Assembly: GCA_004284765.1 (NCBI GenBank) | Contig: NQJD01000010.1 | Location: 30,275-62,274, forward strand | Direction: 5' to 3' | Source: Candidatus Electronema aureum | GTDB lineage: Bacteria; Desulfobacterota; Desulfobulbia; Desulfobulbales; Desulfobulbaceae | DNA: 32,000 nucleotides | Shown: one piece after another, positions 26,232-32,000 of the stretch | Position numbering within the stretch: position 1 is the stretch's first letter | How the letters are laid out: every line of letters begins with the position of its first letter | Notes under the pieces: generated by a model | What the model saw: the letters and a program-made list of their open reading frames with translations, nothing else | Databases searched by the model: none | What the model was told of the DNA's origin: nothing | Program-made: the position numbers and the translations under genes

Positions 26232-27293
26232 TCACGGTTCAGTTGCGGAGCGCGGCGCGGGAGCCATCTCCAAGGCATGAAAACCAAGCAGCTTACACCG
26301 CAGCAACAAGAGCAGCAACTCAGTGAGCAGGAAGGAGCAGGCCGGGTGGCGGGCCGTGAGATTAATCACCCGACGGTGCTGCGCCTGTTTTTTCACCATG
26401 TCGGTGATGGCATTGTCGCTGCTTTGTGGATCAAGAATCCGACGAGCAACTGTCTTACCAGAAACCACTGCCGGATAAATTCCCTCACCAGTCAAGCCGG
26501 AAGCCAGCCCAGCAGCATCGCCAACCAACCAGACCGGACCGAACTGATAGCCTCGGTAGTCGTAATTAATCAGGGCAGCTTGGCAGGGCAAGTCCTTGAG
26601 CTGAAAGCCGCGTCCGTCCGCCCATCTGAGCAGATTTCGTTTCAACCTACCTGCGGACATATCCGACTGCGGACTGTATGCACCTACCGAAACGGTATTC
26701 TTGTGCGGAAAAATCCATGCGTAGCCACAACCAAAGGCCCGCGCACTGAGGTGCCATTCCATCTGCTCTGCGGAACGCGGTACCTGAAAGTTGATGCCCG
26801 GCCCTCGGTCTTCAGCAGGAATGCCGAGATATTGCCTTACTAACGAGTTAGCCCCGTCTGCGCCAACTAACTGCGTACATGTGAAGGTTTTACATTCTCC
26901 GTTGCCGGTTTCAGTCATCACGCGCAGGCCGTCTATTGATCTCACCTTGATATCTGTAATGATCTCGGCACCGGCTTGCACTGCCTGCTCTGCCATCCAT
27001 TGGCCCAGCACGGTTCTGTTAATAGTGGCGATGATCGGATTTTTTTCCCGCACCACTGTCTTCTGGCAGGATGAAACGATGTGCTGCTCGCAAAAGCTGC
27101 GTTCAATCAACGCCTCTGGTACCAGCCGCAGCAGGCCATCCCACGTGATTCCACCTGCGCAGACCTTTGGCCCAATTTCCTTTCTCCGCTCCAGCACCAG
27201 CACGTGGCGACCTTGCTCGGCCAAAACTTTGGCACAAGCCAGCCCGCCTGGCCCGGCTCCAATGATGAGTATATCTGTGCTGATGGAGAACAT
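26232..27293 (-). CDS. FAD-dependent oxidoreductase of the geranylgeranyl-reductase family
   Basis: DILIIGAGPGGLACAKVLAEQGRHVLVLER...CAGGI and a later GDAAG motif are present. I prefer the ATG at 27293 (MFSISTDILIIGAG) over the TTG at 27368. Confidence 0.8.
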   Translation of the reverse strand: MFSISTDILIIGAGPGGLACAKVLAEQGRHVLVLERRKEIGPKVCAGGITWDGLLRLVPEALIERSFCEQHIVSSCQKTVVREKNPIIATINRTVLGQWMAEQAVQAGAEIITDIKVRSIDGLRVMTETGNGECKTFTCTQLVGADGANSLVRQYLGIPAEDRGPGINFQVPRSAEQMEWHLSARAFGCGYAWIFPHKNTVSVGAYSPQSDMSAGRLKRNLLRWADGRGFQLKDLPCQAALINYDYRGYQFGPVWLVGDAAGLASGLTGEGIYPAVVSGKTVARRILDPQSSDNAITDMVKKQAQHRRVINLTARHPACSFLLTELLLLLLRCKLLGFHALEMAPAPRSATEP

Positions 27294-27449
27294 GGACAAC
27301 AGCAGAGGTCTGAGGATAAGATTACGCCACACGCAGGGGAACAGTTTGCGCCTTCTTTTTACCAGCAATAGAGGATTTCCGCAACAGGGCAGGGCGGCAA
27401 ATCGTTCTGCTGCGACAGAAGGGCTAATTTGGTCAGAAGCCTTCTGGCG

Positions 27450-27932
27450 CTACTTCCCTGTTTGCTGCCACGGCCTGACCTCAATTGCCGAGATGGAATT
27501 TTTCGGTGAGCCATCAATCAGCTTGTCTGAATAGGTCAAATAGACCAAGACGTTGCGTTTCTTGTCGTAAAAGCGCACCACTTGGAGTTTCTTGAACAAG
27601 ATTGAGGTGGATTTGCGAAAGACCCGCTCACCGTCCCGTTCACCATTGACCACATCTTCTGGCAGGGTGATTGGGCCTGTTTGACGGCACGCAATAGAGG
27701 CATCCGTGGTGTCTTCCGCTAATCCCAGCGAACCTTTGACCCCGCCGGTTTTCGCCCGACTGACATAGCAGGTCGCGCCTGCGATATCTGGGTCGTCAAA
27801 AGTATCGATCACAATCTTGTGATTTGCACCCAGCAGTTTGAAGGCCGTGCTAACTTCGCCAATTTGCTCGGCCTGTGCTACAGTAGCAACAAAAATGGCC
27901 AACAGGGTTGTTCCTGAAAATATTCTTTTCAT
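27450..27932 (-). CDS. creA: CreA family periplasmic protein
   Basis: A signal peptide [21 protein letters not shown] is followed by the CreA-like core (FKLLG.NHKI.I..FDDP...G..CY.S....GG...). The ATG at 27932 lies 1 nt after the leuA stop. Confidence 0.75.
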   Translation of the reverse strand: MKRIFSGTTLLAIFVATVAQAEQIGEVSTAFKLLGANHKIVIDTFDDPDIAGATCYVSRAKTGGVKGSLGLAEDTTDASIACRQTGPITLPEDVVNGERDGERVFRKSTSILFKKLQVVRFYDKKRNVLVYLTYSDKLIDGSPKNSISAIEVRPWQQTGK

Positions 27933-27933
27933 A

Positions 27934-29625
27934 TCAGCGTCCAGCCTGCATTCTATTAATGGCACTGAGGAGTGCCTTGATTGAGGAAATGATGATGTCC
28001 GTATCGATTCCAGCACCCCACCACGCTTCACCATGATCGCTGCCCAGCACCTCAATATAAGTCACAGCCTTAGCGGATGAACCCTCGGTCAGCGCGTGTT
28101 CGTGGTAAGAGGTAAGGGCGAAGTCCAATCCTGCGTCCCTTCTTAAAGCGGCGCAGAAGGCATCCAAAGGACCGTTGCCGCTTTCCTGTAGATGTAGCTC
28201 TCTGTTGTCAACCTCGACCACCGCTTCGATGTTCGCAACCGACATTTCTTCATGCTGATCAACATGCCGCTTGACCACGTTAAACTGTTTCAGTCGAATG
28301 CCGCCCTGTTGCTGGCGCAAATATTCTCGTTCAAAAACCGCGAGTACAGCCTTGGCAGACAACTCGCTCCCCACTCGCTCAGTCTCTTCCTGCACTAAGC
28401 GACCAAAGCCAGGCCGCATCTTCTTCGGTAGCTTATAGCCGAATTCTTGATTCATGATATAGGCCGCACCGCCCTTGCCCGACTGGCTGTTGATGCAGAT
28501 AATCGACTCGTAGCTGCGGCCCACATCCTTGGGGTCGATGGGCAAATAAGGCACAGCCCATAGACCAGATTTATCGTTCTCCAACGCCTCCATGCCTTTA
28601 CTGATCGCGTCCTGATGCGAGCCGGAAAAAGCGGTATAGACCAGCTCACCCACATAGGGATGGCGGGGATGCACGGGCAGTCCGGTGCAGCGTTGATAAA
28701 CCTCGGTCACCCGGTTGATGTTAGAGAAATCAAGTTTGGGATCAACGCCTTGACTGAACATGTTCAGAGCCAAGGTGAGAATATCAACATTGCCGGTGCG
28801 CTCACCGTTGCCAAAGAGGGTGCCTTCAACCCGATCAGCTCCGGCCATCAGGGCCAACTCGGTGGCCGCAACCGCACAGCCTCGATCATTGTGGGCGTGC
28901 AGACTGATGCGAATGCTGTCGCGCTGTTTCAACTTGCGGATGAACCACTCGATTTGGTCGGCGTAAATATTGGGCGTGGACATCTCGACTGTGGCAGGCA
29001 AATTAAGAATCACAGGTCGCTCCGGGCTTGGCTCCCAGACAGCAGCCACGGCTTCGCAAATTTCCAAAGCAAAATCAAGCTCAGTGCCTGTGAAGCTCTC
29101 TGGTGAATATTGATAACGAATATCACCGTCAAATCGGGCCGCTTCCTCGCGGATAACCTCCGCGCCTCGCACGCCCAATGCGATGATTTCCTGCTGTCCC
29201 ATTTTGAAGACCACCTCACGCTGCAAGGTGGAGGTAGAGTTGTAGAGGTGAACGATGGCTTTTTTTACACCGCGCAACGCCTCAAAGCTCTTGCGGATCA
29301 ACGGCTCGCGGGCCTGAGTCAGCACCTGCACAGTTACATCATCGGGAATATGCCCCTCGTCAATCAGTTTACGGAGAAAATCGTACTCAATCGTGGAGGC
29401 CGCTGGAAAACCAACCTCAATTTCCTTAAAACCGATCTCCACCAGCAGTTCAAACATCTCTAATTTTTGCGCAATGTTCATTGGCTGGCGCAGGGCTTGA
29501 TTGCCGTCGCGCAGATCGACCGAACACCAAGCTGGCGCAACAGTGATGGTCTTGCTCGGCCAACTGCGGTCGCGCAGCGGCACGGCGGGACAAGGGCGGT
29601 ACTTACTCAATTTGTCAGCCTGCAT
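27934..29625 (-). CDS. leuA: 2-isopropylmalate synthase (long ~560-aa form)
   Basis: [38 protein letters not shown] and a C-terminal regulatory domain are present. The start ATG at 29625 follows an AAGGAAA SD. Confidence 0.93.
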   Translation of the reverse strand: MQADKLSKYRPCPAVPLRDRSWPSKTITVAPAWCSVDLRDGNQALRQPMNIAQKLEMFELLVEIGFKEIEVGFPAASTIEYDFLRKLIDEGHIPDDVTVQVLTQAREPLIRKSFEALRGVKKAIVHLYNSTSTLQREVVFKMGQQEIIALGVRGAEVIREEAARFDGDIRYQYSPESFTGTELDFALEICEAVAAVWEPSPERPVILNLPATVEMSTPNIYADQIEWFIRKLKQRDSIRISLHAHNDRGCAVAATELALMAGADRVEGTLFGNGERTGNVDILTLALNMFSQGVDPKLDFSNINRVTEVYQRCTGLPVHPRHPYVGELVYTAFSGSHQDAISKGMEALENDKSGLWAVPYLPIDPKDVGRSYESIICINSQSGKGGAAYIMNQEFGYKLPKKMRPGFGRLVQEETERVGSELSAKAVLAVFEREYLRQQQGGIRLKQFNVVKRHVDQHEEMSVANIEAVVEVDNRELHLQESGNGPLDAFCAALRRDAGLDFALTSYHEHALTEGSSAKAVTYIEVLGSDHGEAWWGAGIDTDIIISSIKALLSAINRMQAGR

Positions 29626-29654
29626 TGCATTTCCTTTGAAAAGATTGCACGAGT

Positions 29655-29693
29655 AAATAAAAAAAGCCACGATTCATGCGCTGAACCGTGGCT
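29655..29693 (-). terminator. Intrinsic terminator hairpin plus U-tract, 30 nt upstream of the leuA start (the attenuator terminator)
   Basis: The minus strand reads AGCCACGgTTCAgcgcaTGAAtCGTGGCT followed by TTTTTTTATTT. That is 7+4 bp of stem with one internal mismatch and a 5-nt loop. Confidence 0.7.
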
Positions 29694-29717
29694 GCGGATT
29701 ACTTTGCTCTTTGATCG

Positions 29718-29804
29718 TCAGAACAAAGTTCCTCCTTCAGCCCCGGCTGCACAAAGCAGGCGGGGAAGTAGTACGAAATGAAGGAGGCAACTGATAGAGA
29801 TCAT
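29718..29804 (-). promoter_or_regulatory. Candidate Leu-rich leader peptide ORF of a leuA transcription attenuator
   Basis: The minus-strand ORF encodes MISISCLLHFVLLPRLLCAAGAEGGTLF*, with 7 Leu in 28 aa including three LL pairs. Its codons overlap a 9/10-bp hairpin CCCCGCCTGC/GCAGCCGGGG (29741-29765). The segment CCGGGGCTG (29738-29746) can instead pair 8/9 with the terminator 5' arm CAGCCACGG (29686-29694). No SD was seen. Confidence 0.5.
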
Positions 29805-29827
29805 ATGCTGATTGGTGTAACGGATTG

Positions 29828-30139
29828 CTATTCCTGTCTACCAAGCCAGTTGATATGCCATTCAACTTCATTGGCATACTCCGGTGTGATAGGGCTGCCG
29901 TCTATCCACCTGACAAATACACGAAAACGCTTATGTGTTGCCTTGTAAATAGAAGTGGCTCCTGTTGTTGCCCAATGCTGGTTCTTGCCGCCTAGCGATG
30001 TGATGTACACTGGTATATTTTCCGTGACATCAAAAGAAGCATCAGAAGTGTCAACGTCAACATAGACACCACGACCATTAGAAACTTGTTTCCAATCTGT
30101 GTTGCCGGGTTCGGTCCGTCCTGCATAAGCTTTAGACAT
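29828..30139 (-). CDS. Hypothetical 103-aa protein, no signal peptide, no family recognised
   Basis: A strong SD (AAGGAGGA) precedes the ATG at 30139, and a candidate promoter TTGACA-17-TAGTAT lies upstream. The product is MSKAYAGRTEPGNTDWKQV...PVYITSLGGKNQHWATTGATSIYKATHKRFRVFVRW...WHINWLGRQE. Confidence 0.7.
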   Translation of the reverse strand: MSKAYAGRTEPGNTDWKQVSNGRGVYVDVDTSDASFDVTENIPVYITSLGGKNQHWATTGATSIYKATHKRFRVFVRWIDGSPITPEYANEVEWHINWLGRQE

Positions 30140-30202
30140 TTGTGCATCCTCCTTTCTCAGGGCCTTAACAGCCTGCTCTCCCTGTGAGAACAGTGTATCT
30201 CT

Positions 30203-30231
30203 ATACTATGGAAAGCAAATTCTTTTGTCAA
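30203..30231 (-). promoter_or_regulatory. Candidate sigma70 promoter for the 103-aa gene (TTGACA-17-TAGTAT)
   Basis: Read on the minus strand: -35 at 30231..30226 and -10 at 30208..30203. Confidence 0.4.
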
Positions 30232-30269
30232 GGAGGAACGTATTCTTTCGTTTCAGCAAGAGAAACTGA

Positions 30270-30297
30270 TTGACAAGTCGCTGTGAGTGGCTATGAT
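30270..30297 (+). promoter_or_regulatory. Candidate sigma70 promoter for feoA (TTGACA-16-TATGAT)
   Basis: The -35 lies at 30270-30275 and the -10 at 30292-30297. It is divergent from the promoter above. Confidence 0.4.
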
Positions 30298-30370
30298 AAC
30301 CTGCGGTTACGACGCATAAGGCTTTTCCTTATGAGCATTGCTAACAATCTGTGTGTACACAAGAAATGTC

Positions 30371-30607
30371 ATGACTGAACTCAACCTGCGCCAGATGGCG
30401 GTCAATCAGAGCGGCACTATCACTGCGGTCCGAGTCGGTGGTGAGCTGGGTCGCCGCATCCGAGAAATGGGCCTTGTGCCTGGCACTGAAATTACGATCA
30501 AGCAGCGCGCCCCGCTCAATGATCCAGTAGCCTTGCGGGTCATGGGTGGCACTCTTACCCTGCGAAATCAGGAGGCAGATTTTATCACCGTAAAGGTCGC
30601 CGACTGA
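30371..30607 (+). CDS. feoA: FeoA-family small protein (SH3-like), with no feoB adjacent
   Basis: LNLRQMAVNQSGTITAVRVGGELGRRIREMGLVPGTEITIKQRAPLNDPVALRVMGGTLTLRNQEADFITV fits the FeoA pattern. I prefer the ATG at 30371 over the TTG at 30338. Confidence 0.8.
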   Translation: MTELNLRQMAVNQSGTITAVRVGGELGRRIREMGLVPGTEITIKQRAPLNDPVALRVMGGTLTLRNQEADFITVKVAD

Positions 30608-30614
30608 ATCAAGT

Positions 30615-31388
30615 TCAAGCCTCGGCCAGCGAGCGGATAAACGGCCCAACTGCCGCTGCACCCTCGCGATCAACCAGCTTTATCGTGGCTGTACCGATCA
30701 CCGCCATATCCGCTCGACCGTGTAACAAGGCCACGTCCTCGCGATTAGCTATGCCAAAGCCCACTGCTAAAGGCAAATCCGTAGCCTTCCGACATCGGCC
30801 AAAGTATTCGACAAGTGAATCGTCCATTTCAGTATGCTGACCAGTCACGCCTTTACGGGCCACGCAGTAAATGAAACCGCTGCCCTGCCTTGCGATCTCA
30901 GTCATTCGCTCGTCCGTGGAAGTCGGGGTGAAAAACATGATCGCCGCCAAGCCGTGTTCTTTGGCCAACTGGAGATATTCGTTACCCTCTTCCGGCGGTA
31001 GGTCAGGAATAATGAAGCCCTTCATGCCAATTTCCGCTGCTCGCTGGATAAAATCCGCCAGCCCGTAACGAAAGACAATGTTGTAATAGGTCATGAAAAG
31101 AAAGTTGACTTGAGGAAATTCACGAGCCATTTCAGCGGCAAAGGCGATGCAATCGCGTACCTTGATGCCCGCTGCTAATGCCTCCTGATTGGCTTTGAGA
31201 ATCACCGGCCCATCGGCCATCGGTTCGGAAAAGGGTATTTGGAGTTCGATGCAATCCACCCCATTTTCCGCCATCTGCCGGATCACCTCCCGGTTGACAG
31301 CCAAAGAAGGATAGCCCAGCACTAAATGAGTCATCAACAGTAAGGGCTTCTGCGTCAGCCGCTGCTGCAAATTCTGCTGCAAATTCAT
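30615..31388 (-). CDS. trpA: Tryptophan synthase alpha chain
   Basis: IELQIPFSEPMADGPVI is present, along with later GFIYCVARKGVTG and overall TrpA collinearity. No trpB lies upstream within the window. Confidence 0.9.
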   Translation of the reverse strand: MNLQQNLQQRLTQKPLLLMTHLVLGYPSLAVNREVIRQMAENGVDCIELQIPFSEPMADGPVILKANQEALAAGIKVRDCIAFAAEMAREFPQVNFLFMTYYNIVFRYGLADFIQRAAEIGMKGFIIPDLPPEEGNEYLQLAKEHGLAAIMFFTPTSTDERMTEIARQGSGFIYCVARKGVTGQHTEMDDSLVEYFGRCRKATDLPLAVGFGIANREDVALLHGRADMAVIGTATIKLVDREGAAAVGPFIRSLAEA

Positions 31389-31542
31389 GATAACCTGTTG
31401 TTCTGTTTGAAACGACGGGCCGAAGAAATACGTTCTCGGCGAGCTGCTATTGTAACCGCAGGGTGAAAAAAAAGGTATCTTTGATTTGCACAGGCGGGCT
31501 ATTTTCCAGATGGCACAACTTTTTTGAACTATCCACTATTAG

Positions 31543-31653
31543 ACCTCTTGCATAAGCCGCAACTTGAGTAGGGGGGCGAAAAATTTTTTGCCCCCCTACA
31601 TCACACATATGCTTGGTGCAGCCGCTGTGCGCAGGGGTTGTTATGCAAGAGGT
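31543..31653. repeat. 111-bp unit bounded by perfect 13-bp inverted repeats and containing a 32-nt near-perfect palindrome
   Basis: acctcttgcataa (31543-31555) is the reverse complement of ttatgcaagaggt (31641-31653). CAAC/GTTG extends the stem after a 4-nt bulge. The inner palindrome is gtaggggggcgaaaaa/ttttttgcccccctac (31568-31599). Confidence 0.7.
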
Positions 31654-31736
31654 TTATTTGGTCACGCCGATTTTGAACCCACGCACGATGGATCCGATGG
31701 TCTTTGATTGCCGTGCAGGGGCCGCCCTTGCTTGCT

Positions 31737-31874
31737 GTACTGTACATGAACCAAAAAGTTTCATGTACATGGATCGAAGCGTTCCATGTACATATACCCG
31801 ACTCGTCCATGTACTTAGGCGAGGTTCATCTATGTGCTTAGGTGAGACCCATCTATGTACATAGTTCTGATTCT
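31737..31874. repeat. Array of six contiguous 23-bp units with core TCCATGTACATGGA (iteron-like)
   Basis: Units: 31737 gtactgtacatgaaccaaaaagt; 31760 ttcatgtacatggatcgaagcgt; 31783 tccatgtacatatacccgactcg; 31806 tccatgtacttaggcgaggttca; 31829 tctatgtgcttaggtgagaccca; 31852 tctatgtacatagttctgattct. Units 4 and 5 are 17/23 identical. Confidence 0.8.
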
Positions 31875-32000
31875 ACCTAATGTGCAACTCTTTTAAACTT
31901 GATTAGGCAGCAATCAAGCCATCCAAGTCAAGTGGAGGGCGGTTATAGACCAAATTAAGGAAGACACAAACAGTGTGCGCCAAAATTTTACGAATCAGAC

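Noticed and set aside
29626-29827. T-box leader upstream of leuA
   Set aside because: No GGUGGNACCGCG-like T-box sequence or specifier-loop architecture is present, and about 200 nt is short for a T-box. The Leu-codon leader ORF plus alternative hairpins fit ribosome-mediated attenuation better.
30240-30370. Fur box in the feoA promoter region
   Set aside because: Only a partial atgataac match overlaps the -10 element. There is no 19-bp GATAATGATAATCATTATC-like palindrome.
31655-31700. tRNA or tRNA fragment (minus strand contains gggttcaaaatcgg, reminiscent of a T-loop), which could have been an att site
   Set aside because: The flanking bases do not form a 5-bp T-stem, and no acceptor stem, anticodon arm or CCA context can be drawn. 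tRNAscan-SE or ARAGORN would confirm.
31601-31864. ORFs 31601..31810(-) and 31613..31864(+)
   Set aside because: They overlap each other and run through the 23-bp tandem repeats, whose period is not a multiple of 3, and through the palindromes. They have no SD, and their Cys/His/Met-rich products are typical of translated repeats.

Overview
Chromosomal segment with about 30 protein-coding genes. I found no rRNA, tRNA or CRISPR. Layout: (1) 1-414, folK, with its 3' end off the window. (2) 0.4-3.0 kb, an accessory-looking patch: a TPR protein, a decayed vapB/PIN toxin-antitoxin remnant bracketed by a duplicated gene 3' end, and very dense intergenic repeats. (3) 2.9-8.6 kb: a CoA-disulfide-reductase-like flavoprotein with a rhodanese domain, a REC-DUF4388 regulator, and cobT-cobS. 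(4) 8.7-22.4 kb, a co-directional signalling block: hemerythrin, a hybrid histidine kinase with Hpt, MobB-like and Fe-ADH genes translationally coupled to that kinase, a second hybrid kinase, a stand-alone Hpt, and three response regulators including a GGDEF cyclase. (5) 22.4-31.4 kb, mostly minus-strand housekeeping genes: HD hydrolase, prmC, dCMP deaminase, a tightly packed run of hydrolase/ppsR-like/diheme cytochrome/GGR-like flavoprotein, creA, leuA, a small orphan gene, feoA, and trpA. (6) 31.4-32.0 kb, non-coding repeats. The most unusual signals are non-coding. Two arrays of about six contiguous 23-bp units (2324-2461 and 31737-31874) are built on related palindromes that share the half-site TCCATG. 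A 58-bp leader module is duplicated in front of two unrelated genes. A textbook-looking Leu-codon attenuator lies ahead of leuA. The gene content is reminiscent of Desulfobacterota-type genomes, but I cannot verify taxonomy without a database search. All domain calls come from motifs read in the supplied translations, not from searches.
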